Source: Bacteroidia bacterium
GTDB taxonomy: Bacteria; Bacteroidota; Bacteroidia; NS11-12g; UBA9320
Length of the DNA: 64,000 nucleotides
NCBI GenBank assembly: GCA_965216465.1
Contig: CBDCFW010000005.1
Location: 672,001-736,000 of the forward strand
Reading direction: 5' to 3'
Shown here piece by piece: positions 8,651 to 19,400 of the stretch. A program made the position numbers and the translations under genes. The notes below the pieces were generated by a model. It was not told the DNA's origin. It ran no database searches and worked only from the letters and a program-made list of their open reading frames with translations. The first letter of the stretch is position 1. Each line of letters opens with the position of its first letter.

Positions 8651-11600
8651 ATGAAAAAGCAAGCAATTAGCATCATTATTCTATGTACCGTACTATGCAT
8701 ATTTAGTTCATCCAAAGCACAACAAACCGAAAGTCAGTCAAGTTGGGAAAAACAAAACATGAGTGTTCAAGTTGCTCAACTAGAATATCACATTACGTTC
8801 GACCACAAAACTTCAACCTTACAATCGCCAAATAGAGCCCAAGGTTTAAGAAGTCGCTATTTACCAAATCAATGGATCATAGAAAGTCGAAATCCAAATC
8901 AACCCAATCGAATAAAAGCGGATATAAAATTTCTGGGTGTTGAATCGGACTTGGAAATTTTAAGCAGCGAAACGGAACCGAATCTAATAACAGACAAGAA
9001 TGCACTTGTTCAAGACTACGGCTCATATCAGATTGAGTATAACAATTCTCCTGAAGGTATAAAGCAGTCAATTGTTGTGCAACAAGACCCGAGCAGTGAA
9101 GATCAACTGAAATTTCACTTTTCTCTTGAAGGGCTAACTGCGAGGTTTAGTGAAGAAGTTCTGCATTTCTATGATGAGAATGGAAGTTTAAGACTAAGCT
9201 ACGATGAGCTCATTGCTTTTGATGCAGTTGGTAGAACTCTACCCTTAAAGCTGGAGTTGTCTGATAACAATTGGATTATTACGGTTTCAGAACAAGGTTG
9301 CACTTATCCAGTTACTTTAGACCCAACCATAAAAAATGCCGATATCTCATGGAGTGCTCATTCAGTTTCAGATAGTATGAAAACAGGCTTTGGTGCAAGC
9401 CTTAATTCCTATTATGGCTCTTACTGTGGTGCTCCTTTCTTTGACAATGGTCAGTTTAATGAGGGAGTAATTCTTAATGTAGGTGGTACTTCACCATCAA
9501 TTTACCTTCAATCTGACCATTCAGGAGCTTTATTTGGTTCAAGCATGAGCTATGGGTCCGTAAATGGCGATTCTTATGATGACCTTCTGGTAGGCGCACC
9601 TGGATACTCCAACGGCCAAGCCAGCGAGGGAGCAATGTACCTTTACTATGGGCTTGGCTTGGGATATTATTTTTGGGTTCCGTATTATGACAATTCAAAA
9701 CTAGATATTATAGAATCCAATAAAGACAGTGCACAACTTGGCAGTTCTGTTCATGTACTCAAAGATTTTGATGGAGATGGATATGGAGAAATTGTAGGAG
9801 GTGCACCAAAATACACAAATGGTCAGAATGACGAAGGAGCAGTATATTTTATGTATGGTGACAGCTCTGGTGTTGACACTTCAAGAATAAAAATTTTAGA
9901 ATCAAACAAAGCCAAGTCAAACTATGGTTATTCACTCACCTCAGCAGATTTCAACTATGACGGTTTTTCAGAGCTTATTGTGGGTGCTCCAAACTATGAG
10001 AACGGACAACTTGAAGAAGGAGGTGTTTTTGTATACTACGGTTCATCGTCTGGACTTAATGCTACATCGTTTACTTTATTAGAATCAAATAGGCTTCGAT
10101 CAAACTTTGGAAAAAGCATCGCCAACGGCCATGATATAAATGGTGATGGTTATGAAGATCTTCTCATCGGATCTCCGTCCTACTCACACCTAAACAGTGG
10201 CAATTGGATTGAAGGAGGTGGGGTATTTATTTTTTACGGTGGTGTAAATGGATTTAGTGTTTCAAACAGCGACACACTACTTTCTGATGACTACAATTTA
10301 AGATTTGGGGATGTTGTAGAGGGACTTGGAGATAGAAACTATGATGGTTATGCAGAAATTGCAGTTTTACAAAAAGGTAAAAGTTGGCCTTACTATAGTT
10401 TACAACATCTCACCAAGATTTCCATCTACAAGGGCTCGCAAACGGGACCAGACACTTCGAATATCAACGAAATCAATCATCCCTATGCGTTCAATATTGA
10501 ATTTAGCACATGGCAACTTTTAGTAGCATCTCAAAATGATACCAACTCCGCATATAACACTATTTATTTCTACAACTTTAACAATAAAGGTGATGTTAGA
10601 TCCCATTATTCTCAAGTCTTCTGGAACTCCGAGAATCACAACTTTAATTGTAGTGCAATTGGAGATGTAGATGGTGACAATAATCAAGATATAATGGTTT
10701 ATATGTCATACTACGATTTTGATATTTATGGTAAAAATCATATTCACTTGGGGTCAGACAAGGGTTTTCGAGAGTACTCAGATTGGATGCAATACACCTA
10801 CAATGTAGGAAACTACAAGTATGAAAAGGCAGGTGATGTAAATGGAGACTCATTAGATGACATGCTATTTATTGATCCCGGTCTGGTTGGAATTGTAGAT
10901 GATTACAAAAGTCACATGATAAGAGGCGTCGCATACCATACTAGCTTCTTATCTCACACAACTTTGGCATCGAAAGCCGGTGACGTGAATGGAGATGGAT
11001 ACGACGACATAATTATTGCTGGTGACGGATTAAGATTATACACCGGTAGTTCCAACGGCATCGACACCACCTACACGAATTGGATCAAAGACCACAATAA
11101 AGTTTACCAACACCTTGAGTTTATGGGCGACCTCAACCACGATGGGTTTGACGATATCGCTGCGTTGGTTTTAGATACCGCATCAAACGAAAATGAGTTG
11201 TATTTTTATTTGGGTCATGCAGGTGGTATAGATAAAACAAAACGCATTTTGTTCTATAAAGATTCAACCAAACAAATCACAGACATTTCTCTGGTCGGTG
11301 ACCTCAATAATGATAATCTACTTGATTTGGCTATTGGATTTACTGACACATTGAGCAACGAAGAAGTTTGGGTCTGCTATGGCGATTCTGCAGGATATGA
11401 CTCAGCATTCAAAACACTAGTACGTCCCAACATGAGCTCAACCTCCTTTGCTAAAGCAATTTCTCATGTCGATGTTAATGAGGATGGGATCGCTGACCTA
11501 GCCATTGGAGCTCCTGACTATGATGCTCAAGGCGAGGTTTTTGTTTATCTTGGGTCAAACGGCGAACTTGAAGAACATCCAGACTTCAAACTCGTTAAAA

Positions 11601-12922
11601 AAACGGGTATTGCTCCTATGGCTTCAGACTTTAAAAATTATGGAAGTTCACTTGATAATATAGATTCCAGCGGATTAATTATCAATGACGATAGTGCATT
11701 GGTTTACGGCAATTATTTTGCACCAAATCCACGAGGAGTTGCCAACGTTTTGAGATTTCAGAAAGATGACTTATCGTCAATATCCTCGGCTAGTAACACT
11801 ACAATTATTCAAGGCTGTGACAGTATTGTATACCATAATACAACTTATTTCAGAGACACTATATTCTGGTTAACCAAAGACACTTTTTATGATGTGATAG
11901 GCTTAGAAGTTGTAATGCTTAAAATTATTCATTCTAAAATAACGCACATTGACACCTCGGTGTGTGAGCTTTTTGTCACGGAAACTGGAGTAGAGTTCAC
12001 ATCTTCAGGAATTTTTGAGCAGACTTTCCAAACTTCATCTGGCTGCGACAGTATAGTATATATACACATTAACATTCTTCAGTCTGATGACTCACTAATT
12101 TCAGTTGAGGCATGTGAATTATATGTTTCAAATACTGGAAAAATATGGAGAAGTTCAGGAATCTACTCCGACTCCTTTATTAACATACTAGGTTGTGATA
12201 GCATAGTGAATTATAATCTCACCATCAGAAAAAGCACGTTATCCGAACAATCATTAACAGCTTGTGCTGAAGTTAAATTACATAACGGAGCAACGGTAAC
12301 GAATTCAGGAACTTATGCCGATACGCTTTTGAGTAAATGGGGGTGTGATAGCATCATTGTTCAACATGTAACCATCCATAAGCTAGACCGAACCGTACCT
12401 CCCTCATCGCTAACCACGAGACAAGGAAAAAACGCTCATTTTATAGTCAAAACAGATAGCTTAGCTGAGTCTATTCAATGGCAGTCTAACTTAGGATTTG
12501 GATTCGACGACCTATTCGACGCTGGTCAATACGATGGAGTAAACACAGACTCTCTTACGGTAATGAAAACCACTTATGGGAACAATAGGCAAGTGTTTCG
12601 ATGTATCGTTTCGAAACAATCATGCAAAGACACCACTCAGGTTGCAATTCTACACGTGGTTAGTGGTGCGGGAATAGAAAGCCTTCATGATTTCAGCAAG
12701 GTTACGGTATACCCCAACCCTACACAAAACAGGTTTTTCATTATGGGGCTCGATAAAAAAGAAATTGAACGATTGATTTTAATTGACACCTACAGCAAAT
12801 CTTATGAAGTTTCTATTCATGACAATTTAAGCATTGAACTGCCTAACGCTGCGGGGATGTATGTTTTGAGAATTAAACTTCACAGTGGCGAGGAAATGAA
12901 TTTTAGGGTTTTGAAAATTTAG
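8651..12922 (+). CDS. FG-GAP (integrin-alpha-like) repeat T9SS cargo protein
   Basis: Signal MKKQAISII (ATG 8651); many GDxNGDGxDD and VGAP repeats; Cys-pair GCDS repeats; Ig domain; VYPNPT CTD. Confidence 0.9.
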   Translation: MKKQAISIIILCTVLCIFSSSKAQQTESQSSWEKQNMSVQVAQLEYHITFDHKTSTLQSPNRAQGLRSRYLPNQWIIESRNPNQPNRIKADIKFLGVESDLEILSSETEPNLITDKNALVQDYGSYQIEYNNSPEGIKQSIVVQQDPSSEDQLKFHFSLEGLTARFSEEVLHFYDENGSLRLSYDELIAFDAVGRTLPLKLELSDNNWIITVSEQGCTYPVTLDPTIKNADISWSAHSVSDSMKTGFGASLNSYYGSYCGAPFFDNGQFNEGVILNVGGTSPSIYLQSDHSGALFGSSMSYGSVNGDSYDDLLVGAPGYSNGQASEGAMYLYYGLGLGYYFWVPYYDNSKLDIIESNKDSAQLGSSVHVLKDFDGDGYGEIVGGAPKYTNGQNDEGAVYFMYGDSSGVDTSRIKILESNKAKSNYGYSLTSADFNYDGFSELIVGAPNYENGQLEEGGVFVYYGSSSGLNATSFTLLESNRLRSNFGKSIANGHDINGDGYEDLLIGSPSYSHLNSGNWIEGGGVFIFYGGVNGFSVSNSDTLLSDDYNLRFGDVVEGLGDRNYDGYAEIAVLQKGKSWPYYSLQHLTKISIYKGSQTGPDTSNINEINHPYAFNIEFSTWQLLVASQNDTNSAYNTIYFYNFNNKGDVRSHYSQVFWNSENHNFNCSAIGDVDGDNNQDIMVYMSYYDFDIYGKNHIHLGSDKGFREYSDWMQYTYNVGNYKYEKAGDVNGDSLDDMLFIDPGLVGIVDDYKSHMIRGVAYHTSFLSHTTLASKAGDVNGDGYDDIIIAGDGLRLYTGSSNGIDTTYTNWIKDHNKVYQHLEFMGDLNHDGFDDIAALVLDTASNENELYFYLGHAGGIDKTKRILFYKDSTKQITDISLVGDLNNDNLLDLAIGFTDTLSNEEVWVCYGDSAGYDSAFKTLVRPNMSSTSFAKAISHVDVNEDGIADLAIGAPDYDAQGEVFVYLGSNGELEEHPDFKLVKKTGIAPMASDFKNYGSSLDNIDSSGLIINDDSALVYGNYFAPNPRGVANVLRFQKDDLSSISSASNTTIIQGCDSIVYHNTTYFRDTIFWLTKDTFYDVIGLEVVMLKIIHSKITHIDTSVCELFVTETGVEFTSSGIFEQTFQTSSGCDSIVYIHINILQSDDSLISVEACELYVSNTGKIWRSSGIYSDSFINILGCDSIVNYNLTIRKSTLSEQSLTACAEVKLHNGATVTNSGTYADTLLSKWGCDSIIVQHVTIHKLDRTVPPSSLTTRQGKNAHFIVKTDSLAESIQWQSNLGFGFDDLFDAGQYDGVNTDSLTVMKTTYGNNRQVFRCIVSKQSCKDTTQVAILHVVSGAGIESLHDFSKVTVYPNPTQNRFFIMGLDKKEIERLILIDTYSKSYEVSIHDNLSIELPNAAGMYVLRIKLHSGEEMNFRVLKI

Positions 12923-12956
12923 TTTAGGCTAATGATGATAAGCATATGCCTTAAAC

Positions 12957-13685
12957 TTAAGCACCATTCTTAGTAATCTTATAAAATTGATATAAGCCGA
13001 TGGCAGCAAAGAAATGCTTCAAACTGTGTCCGCTCATTACGTTTAACGCATCATGTATTTGCACATCATAGGTTTCTGCCACTTTAGCAAGAACATACCA
13101 AGCCAGCAATACCCAAAAAGGTTTAGGCGAGATTCCCGTTGATTTTTGTGTGAGCAGAATAACGGGGATTGAAACCATTGGAAAAAACTGAACCAACACA
13201 TACGGTCGGAGGTCGCCTAATGCAACCCAGTGTATGATAGAGTATAGTCCTACAACCAAAAGGATAAACAACATCATTTTATCTTGTTTAACTCCTAAGA
13301 AATCTCTTAATAGAACTGAAAATAAGGTCATAAAACAGATGGTCATTGGAAGGCGATCCCAAATGAGCGTTTCATTTGTAGGAGCCCAGTGATAGTAGCC
13401 CGAACCTAACCCAACCAATGCGATACCACTATAGAGGAAAACCACATGCAAGCTACCAACCTTAGACGCCTTGTAGCTCCTAAGCCCTAGAATCCCAATT
13501 AAAATGAAGGGTAAATTACTCATCACATTCCAGAAGTTTGGCATGCCCCAAATACTTCCTTCATCACTAAAATTATGATAAGATTGTTCTTGAGCAATTG
13601 GGCCATGAATAAAAAGACCAATAACAATACTTATGAAAAACACAAGCATTAGAATTTTCCCAACTTGTTGTTTGCGAAGGTTCAT
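12957..13685 (-). CDS. Ceramidase-domain (alkaline phytoceramidase-like, CREST-type) membrane protein
   Basis: NVMSNLPF, GSGYYH, WDRLPM, SGHSLKH motifs; about 7 TM segments. Confidence 0.85.
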   Translation of the reverse strand: MNLRKQQVGKILMLVFFISIVIGLFIHGPIAQEQSYHNFSDEGSIWGMPNFWNVMSNLPFILIGILGLRSYKASKVGSLHVVFLYSGIALVGLGSGYYHWAPTNETLIWDRLPMTICFMTLFSVLLRDFLGVKQDKMMLFILLVVGLYSIIHWVALGDLRPYVLVQFFPMVSIPVILLTQKSTGISPKPFWVLLAWYVLAKVAETYDVQIHDALNVMSGHSLKHFFAAIGLYQFYKITKNGA

Positions 13686-13784
13686 TTGATCAGATGTTAG
13701 TGACCAAATTTAGGGATTTTCTGTGATTAGATGATGTTCCCGAACGTACTAGGCTTCATTTATTCTGTCAATCTGCGTCCCTAA

Positions 13785-14354
13785 CTAATGCAAGATGCTT
13801 GATATTGAAGATTGCAAATTTGGAAGCACTTCAGCTTCAAACCATTCATTTCGTTTAAGCCAAATGTTGTTTCTTGGTGAAGGATGTGGTAATGGAATAA
13901 ATTTAGGAAGATATTCTGTATAGCTTCTCACAGTATCAGTGAGTGTTCTTTTTTTATCGGTCAAATAATAGTTCATGGCATAACTGCCAACAAGAAGTGT
14001 CAATTCAACGTTTGGCATCTTATCCAATAATTTTTGATGCCAAAGTGGGGCACATTCGGGGCGAGGTGCCAGATCACCTGATCTACCTCGACCCGGATAA
14101 CAAAACCCCATAGGTACCAATGCAATTAGTTCTTCATTGTAGAATTCTTGAGAAGAAACCCCCATCCACTCCCTCAACCTTTTTCCGCTGGCATCATCCC
14201 AAGGAATTCCTGATTCATGAACTTTGCTTCCTGGTGCCTGGCCTATAATTACTATCTTACTTTTGGGATGTGCACTTAGCACCGGATTTGTACCGTTGCT
14301 AAGAAATACTTCACACACCTTGCAACTCCTAATTTCAGAAAGCAATTTTTCCAT
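13785..14354 (-). CDS. Uracil-DNA glycosylase family protein
   Basis: IIGQAPG, PWDDASG, FCYPG, LPHPSPRN motifs. Confidence 0.9.
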   Translation of the reverse strand: MEKLLSEIRSCKVCEVFLSNGTNPVLSAHPKSKIVIIGQAPGSKVHESGIPWDDASGKRLREWMGVSSQEFYNEELIALVPMGFCYPGRGRSGDLAPRPECAPLWHQKLLDKMPNVELTLLVGSYAMNYYLTDKKRTLTDTVRSYTEYLPKFIPLPHPSPRNNIWLKRNEWFEAEVLPNLQSSISSILH

Positions 14355-14411
14355 ATTTATAATTACGATTTCAAGTCTAAAACTGACAGGAAACCAGCTC
14401 GAAACTAGCTC

Positions 14412-14843
14412 CTAACCTTGGTTCTTTTGCAATTCTGTATGAATGTACTTAAGTCCTAGTCCCATTGGAACTAAAAAAATTCCCAAAGCAATTAAAGCTG
14501 AAACTAGAGCCGAAGTCTCTCCCACCAAATTAACCAGTAAAGGAATATAATATCCCTTCCAAGCCAATAAGGCAATATCGAAAATCGAGATTAGTAAAAA
14601 CAGGTGATACAGGGTCTTTAGCATGATCAGATCCTTGCTCACTAAAGCTCTAATCAATACAATTCCAAACGCCAAATGACGCACAGCAAAAAACTGTATC
14701 GGGAAATCTGCTTCACCTCCTCCTAGACTTGGCCAAGGAAGATCTGGCCTAAAAATGCTCATCAACCCAAAGAGTACAACATTGCTTAAAATTAGTAAAG
14801 CAGTTAACCCTACAAACCAGGTTGCCAATTTTTGAACTCTCAT
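14412..14843 (-). CDS. Four-TM hypothetical membrane protein
   Basis: Hydrophobic segments; FAVRHLAFG; overlaps the SRPBCC gene by 4 nt. Confidence 0.7.
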   Translation of the reverse strand: MRVQKLATWFVGLTALLILSNVVLFGLMSIFRPDLPWPSLGGGEADFPIQFFAVRHLAFGIVLIRALVSKDLIMLKTLYHLFLLISIFDIALLAWKGYYIPLLVNLVGETSALVSALIALGIFLVPMGLGLKYIHTELQKNQG

Positions 14844-15340
14844 TTTAAACTTCTTTTTAATTTACGTGGATGCACTTCGCCAGTTTCGACATAGTGCTTA
14901 AGTTCTTCTAGCTGTTCTTGAAAGCCCTTATTTAAACCTGCTTTCAACACAGGATACAATAACTTACCGGCAGTTTTAAGATTTAAATCAGAATCCATTA
15001 CCACTTCAGTTGAATTCTCATCAATTGCAGTAAGCGTATAAGTAGCATTGTTCTGTTCAATTGGAATTTTACCGTTTCGAGGAACAACATGAATTCCAAG
15101 CTTCATATTTTCTGGGTCGAAACAAGTAATGGTTTCATCAGCAATCGGCCCATTATCGCTTTCTGTTAGATTACAATAACGTCCGACCATTTCAGCTCCT
15201 TCAATGGTCTCACCATCTTTCTTTTCTGATGACGATACTACCGCTGACATCCACTCTCCTGCTTTGTCAAAATCTTCAGCCAATACAGACCATACTGCTT
15301 TAGCTGGTTTTTCGATTGTAATTTTTCTTTGTACTTTCAT
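14840..15340 (-). CDS. SRPBCC (polyketide cyclase-like) family protein
   Basis: ITIEKPAKAVWSVL...EELKHYVETG; start at ATG 15340. Confidence 0.85.
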   Translation of the reverse strand: MKVQRKITIEKPAKAVWSVLAEDFDKAGEWMSAVVSSSEKKDGETIEGAEMVGRYCNLTESDNGPIADETITCFDPENMKLGIHVVPRNGKIPIEQNNATYTLTAIDENSTEVVMDSDLNLKTAGKLLYPVLKAGLNKGFQEQLEELKHYVETGEVHPRKLKRSLK

Positions 15341-15360
15341 TTTCTTAAGTTTTGTTAGTA

Positions 15361-15425
15361 CAAAGGTCAATACAGCCACTAGCTCCTATTTGGCAGAAAA
15401 GACCAAAAATTTGGAGAATAAGTTC
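15361..15425 (-). promoter_or_regulatory. AraC-activated promoter with 21-bp-period repeat
   Basis: ATTTGGCAGAAAAGACC (15388) and ATTTGGAGAATAAGTTC (15409) on + strand; -7 element GACCTTTG. Confidence 0.6.
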
Positions 15426-15427
15426 AC

Positions 15428-16273
15428 CTAAGCTGAGGATCTATATTCTGAAGGACTTAATCCAACTAGATTATGAAATGTTTTTGAGAAATGGCTTAAA
15501 TCATTAAAGCCGACATCATATGCAATTTCAGATACATTAAATGTAGAAGACTGCAACAGGAATTTGGCCCGCTCTACCCTCCTACCTATGATGTACTGAT
15601 TTGGACTCTGACCAAAAACTTCTTTAAATTTTCGTTTAAAACTCGATAAGCTCAGCCCAGCAAGATGAGCGAGATCTGGCAACTGCAAATCTTCATACAA
15701 ATTTGCTTCAACCACTTCAGTTAAAGCATAATTATTCTTGATAAAGAGAGATCCTAAAATCCTATGGATATTGCCACTATTGTCAAGACTTACCAAGAGT
15801 TGAATGAGTTCTCTTACCTTTAATCGAATCACCTCTTCAGAAACCATTTCTTGATGATCAAAATATTGTCTTAAACTTTGGATATAGAGGTCAATCATTT
15901 CATTTTTCTTGACCACTTCAATGGGATCTGTCTCTTGGAAGTTCGAGGTAAAAACAGCTGGAAGATTTTGCCCGTAGATTTGGGTTAGCACCTCAGGAAT
16001 AATTCTGATAATAATTACTTCAGACTGACTGCCATCGTCATTCTCGTAATGCTGATTGATAAAAGATTCACTTTTCATCAAAAAACTGTCGCCGGTTTTG
16101 ACTATTGCTTGTCCTTTGGGTACGTTGAGCTTTGAATATCCCTTAACCACAAAAACAAAGCGTGCCTCATTAACCATATCTTCGCCTGCTTTAAATGGAG
16201 GACTAAAAACCGCACGACCAATTACCGTCTCTTCACCAAGTTTAAAATCGATCCGTTGAAAAGGTTTTGCCAT
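15428..16273 (-). CDS. AraC-family regulator (ExsA-like)
   Basis: LAHLAGLSLSSFKRKF...VSEIAYDVGFNDLSHFS. Confidence 0.9.
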   Translation of the reverse strand: MAKPFQRIDFKLGEETVIGRAVFSPPFKAGEDMVNEARFVFVVKGYSKLNVPKGQAIVKTGDSFLMKSESFINQHYENDDGSQSEVIIIRIIPEVLTQIYGQNLPAVFTSNFQETDPIEVVKKNEMIDLYIQSLRQYFDHQEMVSEEVIRLKVRELIQLLVSLDNSGNIHRILGSLFIKNNYALTEVVEANLYEDLQLPDLAHLAGLSLSSFKRKFKEVFGQSPNQYIIGRRVERAKFLLQSSTFNVSEIAYDVGFNDLSHFSKTFHNLVGLSPSEYRSSA

Positions 16274-16434
16274 TAAGACAAATATAGAAATCTGCATTAG
16301 AGTGACATTAACAGCTAAGATTCAGAAAGTAGGGTTTAAGTTACTAGAAATGCAGAATCCACTTATTATCAATTCGATGCGTTATCTTAGAGCCGTGAAA
16401 ACAAGATGGGTCCATTATAGAACCTATTCTTAGC

Positions 16435-19400
16435 ATGCGAAAATCAGTCTTATACATACACCTAATATACACCTTTGCATTAAGCATCATCTTTTGCCTT
16501 CAGTCTTATGGGCAGATGAAAGGTTTAAGTGCTGAAAATATCACATTTGATTCTGGGAAAAAGTTAAGCCATACGCAAAACATCGTAGAAGACGAAACTG
16601 GTTTATTGTGGATTGGGCGATGGACCGGTGCCTCTTTTGAACTCGACATCGAGCAAGATGCCATAGTAACATTCGACGGCCACCGTGTTGAATCACCAAG
16701 TGAAGACTTTCTAAGGATGTTGGGAAACAGTCATCATTTATTAGGAAAAACAACCGAAGGGCAGCTGATTTTTGGTGGAGATGACATCAAATTTGTTGAC
16801 CCAATTAAGCGTGTAGTAGAACAAAAGTTTACCTTAAAAGACACCCGCTTGTTGAACCTGTATGGTAGAGGAAAAATCGCGGAGTTGATTCAGTATGAAA
16901 AAGAAATTTGGGCGGTACTAATCTACAAATCTGTTCCAGCAAGTCGAAAAATGATGCTTCTAAAAAGTAACAGCGACAACGAGCTAGAAAAGGTTGCGAT
17001 TCTTGACTCCAATTACCCAATGATCAAGCAACGTACAGGCCAATCTCAAAACTACATTTATTATGTTGATGGCAAAAAAGTCATGATTCTTGACAAGTCT
17101 AATCATGAGCTAGATTCAGTTGCCATTACATTATCAGATAACGAAGAAATTCAAGATTTAGAGTATGACGAATACGACAACATCTTTATAAAAATTGGTA
17201 ATCAAGAGTACGGTCATTATGGGCATATAGACACAAGCTTTAAACTCTTAAAACTGAATCTTAGAACGCATAGTAAAGAGTATTTCCAAATCCCAAGAAT
17301 TGACGGTTTGAGTTCTACTGCAGAGGTGCTACGTGAAAAGAACTATTTATGGATCTATGGCGACGATTTCAGATTGTTCCAATACGACATTGAAAGCAAG
17401 CAAATTGTTTCGCTCAGAGAACCGCTACTTACAAGTTTGCCTGAGCACCAGGAATACACCAACCCTATCTTCCATATTTACAGAGACCGATCAGGTGCTT
17501 ATTGGGCAGGCGGTTTGAACGGACTGATTCGATTTACCCTTCGTCCAGAACACATAAAAACCTTAATGACTGGAAAGAATGCAAATGAAGAATGCTTAGG
17601 AGAATTTTGCTCGTTACGGGGTATGTGCAAAGACAATAAAGGTAACATATACCTCAGTTATGAGAATGGCATTAAAAAACTTGATGCAATCACGTATGAA
17701 TCAACTGAGTTGAACTTAAAGCTATCGGCGAAAGAAAAGCTTGGGGCTTTTGACATTTCTTACTTTGATGGAAAGATTTTTTGGTTGGATAAAATTATCG
17801 ACCCAGTTACCGGTGAAGCTAAAATTCTATTTCCTAATAAGACGTCTCCTCGCTTTGTACATACCCTAGACACGATAAATGAGGTGTTGTGGCTAATGGA
17901 GAACGGCAACTTAAATAGCATTTACAAGTACGATTTAAAAAATCAGATATCGAGCAAAATCGCCTTAAACCTATTTCAGCATTCGGAGGGGTATTATGAA
18001 GTTCACAATCTTCAATATAATCATGAAAAAAACACCATTGTTCTATGCACCAAACCGTTTCTTGGGATTATCGATACTACAGGAAAAGTTTTAGAAGACT
18101 ACACCTTGGTCATTGGTTCAAATCGTTTTGGAGGACCAGCCATGTACATGGAAAACGCTTCAAAACTTTGGAGTATTAGCAATCTTGTTCATGGTCTACG
18201 TGAAATAAATCTATCTACACATGAAGTTAAAACTTACCCATTTCAAGATGTGACGGAAAAGGAGTTGGAAAAAGCTACGGTGTTTTTTATTCAACGGTTT
18301 GGCGAAGACCTCTATTTAGGAACTGCCCAAGGATTGGCCATTTTTGAAGGTCCTTCCGGTCCTCTTCGTTTTTTTGAAGAGGATTGGTTCTCAATTGATT
18401 TCGAATTTAATCGCAGTTCAAATTTTGCTAACAATAAAAACTTAATGGTTGGCACAACGCGTGGTTTGCTCATTTTTAATCCCGAAATCAGCAAAAAGCA
18501 ATTTAATCAAGAACATAATAATCGTGTTAATTTAAGAAGTCTATCCTATCAAGACGAGGCTAAAGGGACCGTCAAGTTTGGACCAGAACAATTGATAGAA
18601 CAGCAAATAACATTGCCCCCAAGTCAACGCATGTTTAGCCTTAATGTTTCCGTTTCTGAGTATCTAAACAGAAGAAACTTAAGATATAGCCATTGGTTAG
18701 AAGGTTTTGAAGAAGATTATTCTTCTCTTAGTTCTGAAGCAAACATCACATACTCCTATCTACCTCCAGGCAGGTATAAACTCCATATCAAAGGTGGAAC
18801 AACTCATTTTTCGAGGGAAAACAGTGAGGTAATTCTTCATATTTATGTGCAAGAGTATTGGTACAAATCGGGATTAGCTTATTTAAGCTACGGGCTAATC
18901 TTAAGTCTGCTAGTTTGGCTTGGCTATCGATTCAATCTGAGAAGACATAAAGAACGAAATGAAGCCGAAAATCTTAGAAAACTTGATGAGTTCAAGAGTG
19001 AATTTTTTACAAATATCACGCATGAGTTTAGAACTCCTCTAACCGTTATATTAGGTGCAGCAGGTGAGTTGAACCAAGGAAGCAATGAACAATCGGTGAT
19101 CCAAAGAAATGGCAAACGTCTTCTAAATTTGATTAATGAGATTCTCAACTTGTCTAAACTTGAATCGGGAAAATTGAAACTATTACTAGTGCAAATTGAC
19201 ATCGTTTCTTACCTCAAGCATCATGTAAACCTGTATCACTCGTTCGCTGCAACAAAGGGGCAAAGTATTGAATTCAAATCGAATTTATCGGAGTTTTATG
19301 TCGACGTAGATCAGTCTAAGTTACAAACAGTATTGGAGAATTTAATATCAAATGCAGTGAAGTTTGGCCCTAGAGATTCAACAATTAGAGTAGAATTGAC